A program made the translations under genes and the position numbers. From the IMG/VR virus record IMGVR_UViG_3300045256_000135, positions 1 through 64,000 of that record: a stretch of 64,000 bases of DNA, one strand, 5' to 3'. This stretch comes from a virus. Shown here in pieces: positions 53,591-63,875 of this stretch. Positions within the stretch are counted from its first letter, which is position 1. Each line of letters opens with the position of its first letter. The notes beneath the pieces were generated by a model. It saw only the letters and a list, made by a program, of their open reading frames with translations. It was not told the DNA's origin and did no database searches.

Positions 53591-54431
53591 TGAAAGTTAG
53601 CATTTACGTTACCATCGCACCCAACGCCGATCGGCCTTATGTCACAACTTTTCCGCCTCCAGAAGACCTTGCGGAACATCGCAAGCAACTTGGGATTCGT
53701 GTGTTTTAGGGTTGACGCTGATCTTCCAGTGTCTGCTACGGACGTGGTTACTGTCCAGCCAAAAGCGGTGGAACCGATCTGAGAAGATCGAGTATTTTCA
53801 TTAGAATAGAGGTATGTCGTACTCTATTCCGCCCGGTATCTCTTTGCGTGACATGCAAGAAGCAACCGAGCAGGCTTTGAAGGACGGAAACATTGCAGCA
53901 GTCCTCGCGTTCCTGCACGCTAGATTGATGTTGTTGGAAGACACACCAACCCGCCCTGGTTTCACCCCACAACGGAAGCCTACTCCACCCGGGTTCTATC
54001 GGGTGCTCCTTGAAGACTTGAAGAAGGACACAGACAAATGAGTGATGGGCCCGTTTCAACAAAGTTTGCAATTGGCGCTGAAGTCTTTTGGTTGAAGTTT
54101 CATGAGATAACGCCGTACCGATCACTTGCGGGGTTCTTGGGAGAGGTGGTTGGCGTACGCGAGTCTCCGGAAGGGTTTCTGTACGATGTGGAGTTCTGGA
54201 ACGGCGAGTTGGTCAGGGACATTGCAGAGCACTGGTTGTCCCCTAACGATGACGAGATCAATCCTTGTGATACGCAGTGCTCGGCATGCAAGTATCTGGT
54301 GATCGACCAGGCACAGTTTCGCAGTTGTTCGGAATGCAGCTCTGACATCTGTGTTGAGTGTGGCCTGTTCTCAGGAGACCGAGATGACTGGCTTTGTGAC
54401 GAGTGCTTTGCAAAAGAAACTCAGCCAGCAC

Positions 54432-54470
54432 CCTTGATTTCCGACTCCACATCATTATGATCATTGTATG
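54432..54470 (+). promoter_or_regulatory. promoter P8 (leaderless)
   Basis: TTGATT 54434-39, N16, TATGAT 54456-61, ATG 54468. Confidence 0.85.
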
Positions 54471-55115
54471 GATGAATACACACTACTCGGCTATGAAGGG
54501 TACTGGGACCCGAGAAAGCATCTGACGTGGGGAGCTGCGGCATACTCACACAATGGGATGCTTGTGAATGGCATCTCGAGGCTCACATCACCTCTCGACT
54601 TCTTCGAGGGAGGCTGCGACAAACGTGTAATCCAGAAGGTACTCAAGCAGCCAATCCATGCTCCTCTCTACTCGGTGGTGCAAATGTCCCATCTGATCAA
54701 GTGGGAGCTGCTCGCCTCTCTCCCACCGGATGGTCACGTTGATAACACTTGCTACCGATTGGAGACCGAGAACAGTGGTGCTTTGATCGGTTGTGGATCA
54801 CAGTCGGCTTTCAACAGTTGGCGAGCAGTTGCGATCAGTAGGATGCTGGAGAGGGTTGACCTGGCAGTGTTTGATCCGATCCCGACTGAGCTCAAGCTCT
54901 CTGAAGCTAAAGCCCGAATCGAATCAGCGTTGACTCTTAGCGTACATGATCCTCACGCTAGGGCATACGCTCACGTATTCTTCAAACTCAGTCGCAGGCA
55001 TAGTGTCGCCATGCTGCGCGGAGATCTGAAGGCAGCCGAAGCTGAGTTTGATCGCACTGTGGATCAGTTGGAGAAGCGCTTGGTAAGGAAGCGCCTTTCG
55101 CTCCTTGATCTCTGA
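54468..55115 (+). CDS. hypothetical protein (leaderless)
   Basis: Single ORF between P8 and P9. Confidence 0.7.
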   Translation: MDEYTLLGYEGYWDPRKHLTWGAAAYSHNGMLVNGISRLTSPLDFFEGGCDKRVIQKVLKQPIHAPLYSVVQMSHLIKWELLASLPPDGHVDNTCYRLETENSGALIGCGSQSAFNSWRAVAISRMLERVDLAVFDPIPTELKLSEAKARIESALTLSVHDPHARAYAHVFFKLSRRHSVAMLRGDLKAAEAEFDRTVDQLEKRLVRKRLSLLDL

Positions 55116-55141
55116 ATCATCATTATTATGATCATTGTATG
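55103..55141 (+). promoter_or_regulatory. promoter P9 (leaderless)
   Basis: TTGATC 55105-10, N16, TATGAT 55127-32, ATG 55139. Confidence 0.85.
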
Positions 55142-55428
55142 ACGACCTGGATTTTCGAATCGGAGTTTCGGTATCGTGGACGGATGTACGAAGTCAAGAT
55201 TTCCGACGCTCCCGAGAACGTTGGGATCATCGGTCTGGTTCGTGATGGAGACAATCGCGGAGTCCGCGCCCTGTTTCGCAAAATGCACCACGATGACGTG
55301 GAGAGCGGATGCAGAGTGGTTGGTAGTCAGACGTTGATCGTTGAGCGTCCAGACGGAGTTGACGTCAAGTTGTTGGAAGCTGCTCAGAAGCTCTGTCTGG
55401 GTTGGCCACAGTAGGTAAATGATCGTAG

Positions 55429-55513
55429 GGAAGGTTGGCCGAGTGGTTTAAGGCAGCGGTTTTGAAAACCGCCGTTGGGCAACCAACCGGGGGTTCGAAT
55501 CCCTCACCTTCCG
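55429..55513 (+). tRNA. tRNA-Ser (UGA)
   Basis: GGAAGGT/ACCTTCC-G; GCGGT-TT TGA AA-ACCGC; long variable arm. Confidence 0.95.
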
Positions 55514-56035
55514 CGAAATGCTATCGAAGCAGAAGCGTATCGTTCGAAACGCTTTGGATCGTGAATACCAGCGGGACCTGATTAAGCGCAAGCTGAAAGT
55601 TTCGTGCCCTCGATGTAGGGCCGCTCGTGGCAACCCGTGTATTCACGACCAAGGTCCGCGTCGTGGCCAGCCAATGGCTGGAGTACACAGGGATCGTTCT
55701 GACCTTGCTAACCGTGTTGGCTTGGTTAAGGGTCCACATTTCTGGGGAGGGCAAAGGTACAAGCGGAGGACGAGATGACGTTCACAATTGAACCTGGAAC
55801 AGTATTCTACGATCAGCTCGAAGACGGTAGGTTTGAGAAGTGCGTTTTTGCAACCCACTGACGAAGATACGCCCAACCGGAAGGAAGCAGCCCGCGGTGG
55901 CACAGGTGAGTTCTACAGAGAGATCAGCACAGAGGCATTCATGGCTCTCTCAGACGTAGAACAGGACGAAGTAGTGCTTATTCAAATGCCACGGGAAGGG
56001 ACGTTCCCAAGGCTTGTTACGCTGGAGAAGATCAA

Positions 56036-56920
56036 GTGAGCATCATCGGGTTTTGTGGGTTTGCTGGTTCTGGTAAGGACACAGCTGCTGACATCTTCTG
56101 TTCACATTTCAATTCTAGTAAGGTAGCGTTGGCGGATCCGCTGAAACGAATCTGCATGGAGGTGTTTGACTTCACTCCAAAGCAGCTGTGGGGCCCAAGT
56201 GAAGAGCGGAACAAAGAAGATTCTCGTTATCTGCGGGTGAAAAAGGGTGCAAATGGGTGGGCTGACGTTCGACCACTGGTTGAGTATAGCAAGGCGAACG
56301 GAACACCATACATCCCAGAGGAGAAGTACCCGCAGTACGCTGGGCTAGATCATGAGTTGACGTGGTACGGTAGTCCAGAGAATTTCGGTTATCTGCCGTC
56401 TCCTCCAAGAGATGAGTACCTTACTCCACGCCTGGCTCTTCAACAGCTCGGAACCGAATGGGGCCGCAACTGCTACCCTGACATCTGGGTTGAGAAAACA
56501 ATCCGCATTGCTCAGAATTTGCTCCAAGCTGAACGGATGCATCCAAAGCTGGTGACACTTCGTGCACGTTACCCAATGATCTACACAGCACGTGATGGCG
56601 CATATCAGTGGGATGACGTGGTTCAGCATCTCTGGGTACCATCAGGTAGTGAACCGTGGGGCAACACCTGGTACAGCAGACACGAGCATGTGGTGATTCC
56701 AGACGTCAGGTTTGTGAATGAGATCAACGCCATTCGCAAAGCTGGTGGGAAGGTGATCAGAATCCGTCGACCAGATATTGGCCAGGTGTACAACCACCAA
56801 TCGGAGTCCGAGCAAGCTGGAATTGAAGATGACGTCTTTGACAAGGTAATTGATAATGACGGAACCCTAGAGGATCTCGCCACAAAGGTGAGAGAGCTAG
56901 AGTCGATCCTGAAGGGGTAG
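56036..56920 (+). CDS. deoxynucleoside monophosphate kinase (T4 gp1/T5 Dnk-like)
   Basis: GFAGSGKDT, LADPLK, TPRLALQQLGTEWGR, IPDVRFVNE, HQSE, NDGTL. Confidence 0.9.
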   Translation: MSIIGFCGFAGSGKDTAADIFCSHFNSSKVALADPLKRICMEVFDFTPKQLWGPSEERNKEDSRYLRVKKGANGWADVRPLVEYSKANGTPYIPEEKYPQYAGLDHELTWYGSPENFGYLPSPPRDEYLTPRLALQQLGTEWGRNCYPDIWVEKTIRIAQNLLQAERMHPKLVTLRARYPMIYTARDGAYQWDDVVQHLWVPSGSEPWGNTWYSRHEHVVIPDVRFVNEINAIRKAGGKVIRIRRPDIGQVYNHQSESEQAGIEDDVFDKVIDNDGTLEDLATKVRELESILKG

Positions 56921-57229
56921 AGATGGGATACACAACTGATGACAGTTGCGTTCGAGTTGACTTTTTCAAGCCTTCCGGTAAGTGGTACACAACCGAGTCG
57001 GTAACATGGACTGGTCCCTATGAAGGTGATATTATCTTCTCGTTCGCAAAGAGTCTTCTCGATCACTTGAAGTTTCGGGAGACAGATCGGAAGCATCAGC
57101 ACCCAAGTCACGTGAATGTTCGACTGAGTGGTCTGACTGCTGTATGCCTCGATCCCTACCACCAACACAGCTTTCCGTTAATGCTTGAAGTGGACCGAGT
57201 TGAGTCCATTGTCCAAGCAAAGAGGTGAT

Positions 57230-57730
57230 ATGCGAGTTTGGACTGTTCCGCTATCTGAGCTCTCTGATCAGCACGTTCTTGGTCAGCACCAAGAGTGGCA
57301 TATGCTTGAAGCAATGATGCGAAACAAGCAATTTGTTCGCCATCCGCTGGTGAAGTTCTTCAAGGACAAAAAGCCGTGGCTAGTTCAGTTCCATGCTGAG
57401 CTAGTCGAAGAGATACGTGTTCGGTTCGGATCGGAGCCGTCTAAGCACCAATCGCCGGTTCCATCAGCCTGGCGAGAGTCGTTGGATCCAGCAAAAGTGC
57501 AAGAGATCCTGTGGCCAGAGAGTTGGCTAGAGTTCGATCGTGAGGATCTGCGTCGCCGGTCGTTTGAAAAGCCAAAGCTTAGGTTTAAGGCGACTCAGCC
57601 ACCACCCTGGTGGCGAAAGGATTCTGATCTCCAATTTCCGTTGGGAGTGATCCCAATTCACTCGTACGCAAATCCCGAAACGTTTGGCAAATACATCTAC
57701 GAAGGAGAGCCAGCAGTTGTCTGGCGTTGA
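57230..57730 (+). CDS. pyrimidine-dimer DNA glycosylase-like (DenV family)
   Basis: MRVW..LSDQHVLGQHQEWH..HP..HAELVEE. Confidence 0.6.
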   Translation: MRVWTVPLSELSDQHVLGQHQEWHMLEAMMRNKQFVRHPLVKFFKDKKPWLVQFHAELVEEIRVRFGSEPSKHQSPVPSAWRESLDPAKVQEILWPESWLEFDREDLRRRSFEKPKLRFKATQPPPWWRKDSDLQFPLGVIPIHSYANPETFGKYIYEGEPAVVWR

Positions 57731-57734
57731 ACAC

Positions 57735-58796
57735 ATGGCTAAGAAACTCGCTAAGAAGAAGTCTAAGAAGCAATCGAATCTCAAGAAGATCATGCACATT
57801 GCATTCTGCATTGATGCATCGGGTTCGATGCATAACATTCTCGCACCCACCGAGAAGGCTTTTAAACAGTATGCCTCAGATCTCCGCAAGATCGAGTCAG
57901 ACACTGGCGTTGAGACCCGAACTAGCATCTACCGATTCGGCTGCGGCGGTACGAGTGGTGTGGAGAAGACTCACGCCAATCTCGAAATCATGGAGCTTCT
58001 GAAGGCAAAGATCCCATTTACAGCGGAAGGCCAAACGCCCCTGCTCGATTGTGTTGGAGACGCCACTAAGGGGTTTGACGGCATCCGGCCGAAGACCGGT
58101 GAGAAGGTAACGTTTCTCGTCGTCTGCTTGTCAGACGGTGGTGAGAACTTCTCTCGTCGGTTCAACAAGGAGACTCTGAAGAACCTGATGCAGGAGAAGA
58201 TGCAGACGGATTTGTGGACGTTCGTCTTCCTCGGTCCGAGAGGTAGCAGAGGCTACTTCGAGCAACTCGGGATCTCGACTGACAACATCAAGGAGTGGGA
58301 CCAGACGGAGAAGGGCGTAACCGAAGCCGTCTCTGCTGTTACTCGAGGAACCCAGTTGTACGCTAGCAACTATGCTAGCAAGGGCATCACAAAGTCTACG
58401 AGCTTCTTCTCCGACGCTTCGAAGATCTCCGTTAGCAAGGCCAAGAAGGCCTTGGACAAGCTCAACGGGAAGTTCTTCGAATGGAAGGTCCCGACGGAGT
58501 GCGAGATCAAGGAGCTGGTGGAACAGAAAGGCTACGAGTACGAGAAGGGCAAGGGCTTCTATCAGCTCACCAAGGATGAAAAGGCAATCCAAGATTACAA
58601 GCAGCTGATGCTCCGTGACAAGAAGACGGGTGACCTCTTCGGTGGAGAAGATGCACGCTCCCTGCTTGGCTTTCCGAGCACTGGTAGCATCAAGGTCAAG
58701 CCAGGTAATCACGGTAACTGGGACATTTTCGTCCAGAGCACGTCCGTGAATCGGAAGCTCGTTCGCGGTACGATTCTGCTCTACGCCAAGAACTAA
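57735..58796 (+). CDS. von Willebrand factor A domain protein
   Basis: MIDAS DASGSM, TPLLD, SDGGEN, WTFVFLG. Confidence 0.85.
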   Translation: MAKKLAKKKSKKQSNLKKIMHIAFCIDASGSMHNILAPTEKAFKQYASDLRKIESDTGVETRTSIYRFGCGGTSGVEKTHANLEIMELLKAKIPFTAEGQTPLLDCVGDATKGFDGIRPKTGEKVTFLVVCLSDGGENFSRRFNKETLKNLMQEKMQTDLWTFVFLGPRGSRGYFEQLGISTDNIKEWDQTEKGVTEAVSAVTRGTQLYASNYASKGITKSTSFFSDASKISVSKAKKALDKLNGKFFEWKVPTECEIKELVEQKGYEYEKGKGFYQLTKDEKAIQDYKQLMLRDKKTGDLFGGEDARSLLGFPSTGSIKVKPGNHGNWDIFVQSTSVNRKLVRGTILLYAKN

Positions 58797-58965
58797 GTGC
58801 TATGATTCCCTCAAGAAAGCGTGCTCTGCGTCGAGAGTGGTTTCGAATCGCCAGTGGGTATAATTCGAACATGTACTCACGTGCTGATCGTAAACTGATC
58901 AATCGACGCAGAGCACGGAGGGATTCCGCAAGACGTATGCGTAGACGCCAGAATCAGAGGATGGG

Positions 58966-59601
58966 ATGAATACTACAGCACCAGTGAAGAAGCCACGAAA
59001 GAAGTCGAATCTTCCGCCCGAGCTAGCTCCCGTAGATCCGTCTTCGGTCTGGAGGTGGTACTGTGTTGTCACTGGTTCTGCGTCTGAGGGCAAGGTTGTA
59101 CTCAGACTTCGAAAGTATCTCGAGCTGATGGGAATGCAGAGTGCAGTTAAGGCTACGCTTATACCCATCGGATTCATTCCAGTGATAGATGCTAAGGGTG
59201 TCAGAGAGATCAAGAGGGAGCGTTTGTTTGCAGGCTACTTGTTTCTGCTAGCCAAGATGACTCCATCTCTGAGAGACTTGGTTCTGTCGATTGAGTCAGT
59301 GTCACAGTTCATCTGCGATTCGAATGATCGCTTGTTGCACATTCCTGACAGGCAGATGGAACAGATTCTGGTTAGCATGATGCAAGCAACCAACCCGACA
59401 GCAGCGAAACCTAAGTTTGCAAAAGCCTCAGCAGTTGCTATCACTGGTGGTGGATTCCAGAACTTCCACGGAACGGTAGTCGATCATGTTGGCGACAAGG
59501 TTTCGGTAAGCGTAAGCATCTTCGGACGAAAGACCACAGTAGTCTTCCATGAAAACATGGTAGTGCCAGCAAAGCAAGAAGATTTCTCTAGTACTCCTTG
59601 A
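58966..59601 (+). CDS. NusG-family transcription elongation factor (NGN + KOW)
   Basis: WYCVVTGSASEGKV..LFAGYLFL..GGFQNFHGTV..VSVSIFGRKTTV. Confidence 0.88.
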   Translation: MNTTAPVKKPRKKSNLPPELAPVDPSSVWRWYCVVTGSASEGKVVLRLRKYLELMGMQSAVKATLIPIGFIPVIDAKGVREIKRERLFAGYLFLLAKMTPSLRDLVLSIESVSQFICDSNDRLLHIPDRQMEQILVSMMQATNPTAAKPKFAKASAVAITGGGFQNFHGTVVDHVGDKVSVSVSIFGRKTTVVFHENMVVPAKQEDFSSTP

Positions 59602-59641
59602 TTTCTCTACAAGCATCATTATGATTGATGATGTAAGGAGG
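59596..59641 (+). promoter_or_regulatory. promoter P10 (with SD)
   Basis: TTGATT 59598-603, N16, TATGAT 59620-25, AAGGAGG, ATG 59650. Confidence 0.8.
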
Positions 59642-60143
59642 AAGGGAAGATGATCTCCAACAAAAAGCTGATCGCTGAGAAGGACAAGCTGATCGCTGAT
59701 TTTCTGGCAACGAAGGCTGGTTGGGTTGCTCTCGGAGCTGACCCTGCCCTCTTCGACGAACAGATCAACAAGCTTCAAACCGAGCGAGCACAGCTCACAT
59801 CGAAGATTGGCAAGTGAAGACAATGAGCAAGCTTCAAAGGAAGATCCGTCGGGAGCGGAAGATGGATGCGTGGCTGGAACGCCGTGCCACCCGATCGAAG
59901 TTTGCTCGGAAGCAGTTCGAGAAGGAGAACGGCCGGGCTCCCCGACCTGATGCTCTCAGTGAGGCGTCGAAGAAGTGAAAAAGACTCTGGTAGACCTTAC
60001 TTGGATTCGTCGGCAACCGGAAACAGCTACATTCTTTGTTCCCGACGTCACTGCCGCGCCTGTCAAAAAGCTAGTAGCCATTTTCCATGCTACCAACGGG
60101 CGTCTGGTATTTATCGAACAAGATCAACTCAGGAGAATCGATT

Positions 60144-60479
60144 ATGGCAACGCGTAAGAAGACGGTTAAGCGCACTGTGAAGCGGGTTCAGAAGACGCGG
60201 AAGCCCGCGCGGGTGAAGGAGCAGGTGATCTGGAAGCTCAGTGGTCACGGAAACCATGAACTCCCGAAGGGGTACAAGATCCTGTTTGGCAAGGACCGAA
60301 GCGGGACTCCCAAGGTCTGGGCTTTGGTCGATCCCACTGCCAAGAAGGTGACGGTCGAGTTGCGGGTGATTCGGACGGGAGCTCCCTTTCCGAAGGGGTT
60401 CGAGTACGTCGGTAGCTACGATTCGTCGCCGACGTCCCACATCCTCGTCGGTCCTGCCAGCAACCACTCCGAAGACTGA
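60144..60479 (+). CDS. hypothetical protein with a basic N-terminal tail
   Basis: AGGAG RBS; MATRKKTVKR...VWALVDP..IRTG..YVGS. Confidence 0.65.
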   Translation: MATRKKTVKRTVKRVQKTRKPARVKEQVIWKLSGHGNHELPKGYKILFGKDRSGTPKVWALVDPTAKKVTVELRVIRTGAPFPKGFEYVGSYDSSPTSHILVGPASNHSED

Positions 60480-60865
60480 CTTCAGCTAGCTCTCATTGAG
60501 AGCGGACAACCACGAACTGCCGTGGAGCTGAAGTCGCAGTAGAGACATTTGACTCGGTGTCTCCGGTTCCTCCTCTGATACGGCGAAGAGATCAGAGGAG
60601 GAATTGTTTGCTGCTCTGATCATTGAGGAGGCTAGTGTTTTCGATTTTGGGGTTCGACTGGATGGCGATCAGGAGTCACAACTTAATTAGACCCTGGGAC
60701 CCAAAGCTATCGGCGTAAATCGGTAGTGTACACAGTTCATCAAAGAGAAACCTCTCGCTTACGTAGCAAGAGCAGCCTCGAACCAGCCTGGCCAGCTGGG
60801 TTCTGTGACCAGTCACCATATACTCCCCACTTCAAAGACACTAGTCTCCTCAAGGACCAGAGAAG
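60478..60865 (+). ncRNA. candidate structured non-coding RNA(s), class unknown
   Basis: About 390 nt with no ORF in the track; three-way junction, two hairpins and a 250-nt domain closed by a 19-28 bp stem with nested helices; G.U pairs favour the + strand. Confidence 0.65.
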
Positions 60866-60877
60866 TTACTTCGAGCT

Positions 60878-60916
60878 CCTTGATTTCTGATCGATCATTA
60901 TTATGATCATTGTATG
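60878..60916 (+). promoter_or_regulatory. promoter P11 (leaderless)
   Basis: TTGATT 60880-85, N16, TATGAT 60902-07, CATTGT, ATG 60914. Confidence 0.85.
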
Positions 60917-61522
60917 AGGAACATGGAACACAGACTTTTGGGAATGGGATCTGGTCCGTCCGTTGATAAGCCGTTGGGAGTCAATTGGATTGATCAGAAG
61001 TACACTGGTACGCCTGGTCTGGTCGGAATGACCCTGTGCCCCGGTCGAAAGGGCCACGGTGCTTCCCAAATCCACAATCGCTCGGTCGACGCAGATGTTA
61101 CGACGATGCTGGAAATGGATCCCAAGGTTGATGCCCTCCTTGGTTTGATGGAAGCGTTCGAGTATCGGATGCTTCAGGCGGATACGCTGGCACATAAGTG
61201 TCGGGAGCAGTCGATCGACTATCTCTGGTATCCGATGCCCGATGGGGGCACCCCGCGGGATATGCGATCAGCCAGGTCGGTGGTCAACGCTGTGGTCCAG
61301 AAGCTCCGTTACGGTGAGAACATTGTGATCCACTGCAAGGCGGGTTTGGGTCGAACCGGGCTCCTTGCTAGCTGCATTCTGATTCGCCTCGGCTGGTCTG
61401 CTGAAGACGCGATGCGAATTGTCCGCCAAACTCGAAAGGGTACGATCGAGAACAAGCGCCAAGAGGCCTTCGTCAACGACTTTGGTGGACGTCAGTCCCA
61501 GTTCCGCAACCTGCCGGGTTGA
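60914..61522 (+). CDS. dual-specificity / CDKN3-like protein phosphatase
   Basis: GMTLCPG, PMPDGGTP, P-loop HCKAGLGRTG, RKGTIE..Q. Confidence 0.9.
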   Translation: MRNMEHRLLGMGSGPSVDKPLGVNWIDQKYTGTPGLVGMTLCPGRKGHGASQIHNRSVDADVTTMLEMDPKVDALLGLMEAFEYRMLQADTLAHKCREQSIDYLWYPMPDGGTPRDMRSARSVVNAVVQKLRYGENIVIHCKAGLGRTGLLASCILIRLGWSAEDAMRIVRQTRKGTIENKRQEAFVNDFGGRQSQFRNLPG

Positions 61523-62730
61523 CAGTGTTGACCTCGGGGTGGTGTATCGTATACTCTAAGAGTGGAGAGCCACCTGGATCTCCGTACATTGACGTGTACT
61601 GGTCCAGCTTTGATGAGGCGGAGTACGAGTACTTCAACCTGCTGAAGCCCTACCCCAGCTCCTCCCCGTGGTGGAAGTTGCTATGGATAGAGTTCAGATT
61701 CTACGATTCGGGGTGCAAGATGATCTCTCTCGAGCAAGTTCGACGATCACTGGATCAAGCATATCCACAAGACTTTGCCGTGGGCAGCCTGGCTGCCCAG
61801 TTTAACGCGTCTATCCAAGACACTCAGACTGCACTGGACTTTCTCGCAGCGAAGAGGTTCACGTACGTCACGGAGATGAACACGTATCTCGGTGCAATCA
61901 AGTACACCGAACTCGCTCTCACCACCACCCCTCAGAACAGTTCCACGATTTCAAACGCTGTTGCATTCAGTCTCCAGTTGGTCGAGAGTCATCTCGAAAG
62001 ATTAGTACTTCTCAAGAGAGCAACTTTGATCCTAGCACCGATTACCGGTGAGAAGACGTATGTTTCAGTATGATCAAGGTACTGAAACACCATCTGGTTG
62101 ATTGGATCAGTGGTACGGCGACGGTGGTGTCTGATAGAACAACGAAGCTGTCGGCTACTTGCTCCAAGTGTTCTGATCAAACCCTGCGATTCTATTGCTG
62201 CTTGAAGATTGCTGAAGAGTATGGTTGGCGGAATTATGCATATCTCCACTCTGCCTGTGATCGAAAGTGAGTTTGTCACCCACTGGTGCCCTCTTTGTGG
62301 TGGTGTCAGTCACCCCGCCACGGGATGCGCCTACACACCTACATTCATCGTCTGCTGGCGATGCACTAGAGCCGCTTGCACGTGGATCGAAAGCTGGACC
62401 AATTCAAAGGGGCGGAGACGAGGCTTGTCGTTTTATCAACATGCCGGAGCTCGCGATGTCGAACACGAAGCGGTATAGATTGACAGCTGAAGGTCGTAGG
62501 CAGGTGTTCGAGATTCGACAGCGTCTGAAAAACAACGACCTTGAATGGCCTCCGACTGTTGATCAATTGCATCTGTTCTTCGACCTCATACCGGAAAAGG
62601 TTCGGTACGACATCGAGTCAGAGGCCAAGTCGCTTGGGCTGAACGCGGATCGAGTCAAAACGTCATACCTTCGGCAGCTGGTTGATATTGCTATTGCATC
62701 CGAGGAACGCCTGCATTGAAAGGCTAGAAC

Positions 62731-63327
62731 ATGATCTACACACTCGACTGCGAATTCTTCGAAGACGGTTACAAGCGAATCGACCTCATCTCGATTGCTC
62801 TTGTCTGTGAGGACGGGCGTGAGTTCTACGCTGTAGCGTCTGATGGCTGGGACCCCCGGGGTGTATCTGATTGGTTGAAAGCGAACGTATTACCGTTTTT
62901 GTCACCTGACGGTCAAAGAGTTGATCTCTTCGATGGGATCATTGCGTCTGAAGCAGCCAAGGTGATACCGTTCCGCTCCAGGGAGCAGATCAAAGAGGAT
63001 CTGTGGAAGTTCGTCAAACCCGAAGCTCCACCCGTTGTCAAAGAGCTCGAGTACATCAGAGGACGATCCTTCCACAATCAGCCAGAGTTCTGGGGATACT
63101 TTGCAGACTACGACTGGGTTTTACTGTGCCAGCTTTTTGGTCGCATGCTCGATCTTCCATCACATTTTCCGAAGTATTGTCGAGATATCAAACAGAAGAT
63201 GGATGACCACCAGATCGAGAAGGTTGGTATGCCGAAGCAAGAAAGCGGGCATCACAACGCTTTGATGGATGCTCGTCACATGCAAAAGATGCTCCTGCGT
63301 CTCGCAGAGATGGAAGAAGCTCGTTAG
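62731..63327 (+). CDS. DEDDh 3'-5' exoribonuclease (Rv2179c-like)
   Basis: LDCEF, LISIALV, YFADYDWV, HNALMDA. Confidence 0.88.
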   Translation: MIYTLDCEFFEDGYKRIDLISIALVCEDGREFYAVASDGWDPRGVSDWLKANVLPFLSPDGQRVDLFDGIIASEAAKVIPFRSREQIKEDLWKFVKPEAPPVVKELEYIRGRSFHNQPEFWGYFADYDWVLLCQLFGRMLDLPSHFPKYCRDIKQKMDDHQIEKVGMPKQESGHHNALMDARHMQKMLLRLAEMEEAR

Positions 63328-63336
63328 GAGGACACC

Positions 63337-63636
63337 ATGGCAGATTATCGAAATGGCTTACACCTGATCCCGGAGCACATGCACGACTCGGTTACACAGT
63401 GGATCGAGGAGGGTTTTCCGCATCCAAGAATGATGGGAACATTCTTCAAGGCGATTCTGTCGAACCAGTTCGTTGAGACAATATCTCAAGCTGACGAAGC
63501 AAACTACCATAGCTTGAAGGGTTGGGCAACGTTCTTGTACAACTACATGCCTTCACCTGCGTATGGATCGTATGAGAATCTTCTCAAGTGGTATAGTTTC
63601 CATCATCCTGAGTCGGAGCAAGTCAATGAAGGTTGA
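63337..63636 (+). CDS. conserved phage hypothetical protein
   Basis: AGGAGG RBS; IPEHM..GTFFKAILSN..AD. Confidence 0.65.
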   Translation: MADYRNGLHLIPEHMHDSVTQWIEEGFPHPRMMGTFFKAILSNQFVETISQADEANYHSLKGWATFLYNYMPSPAYGSYENLLKWYSFHHPESEQVNEG

Positions 63637-63837
63637 GATTCAGATTCAGCATGCTTACTCAGACAGTAAGCCAAACGAAACCCGCCCTGTCATGGTCATC
63701 AGTGACACACCTATTCACGACGGAGCTTACCCAAAGCTTCAGATTGAACTTGAAGGCAAGAAGATCGTGCTCAATATTCGTGATCTGAAAGCAGCGATCG
63801 AAGCGATTGAGCACGTCAATAACGCTTAGTCCAACGT

Positions 63838-63875
63838 CAGTTCGTAGACGCTTCTTTTAGAATCGTTACGAACTG
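63838..63875 (+). other. intergenic hairpin before an ORF starting at 63878 that runs off the window
   Basis: CAGTTCGTA/TACGAACTG plus ACG/CGT and TTCT/AGAA. Confidence 0.6.

Noticed and set aside
60648-60832. tmRNA, suggested by GGGGTTCGAC
   Set aside because: No tRNA-like acceptor or T arm, no 3' CCA and no tag reading frame found
61528-61555. Additional promoter TTGACC-N16-TATACT
   Set aside because: Lies within a plausible coding region, lacks the family's other conserved bases, and the downstream GTG is out of frame
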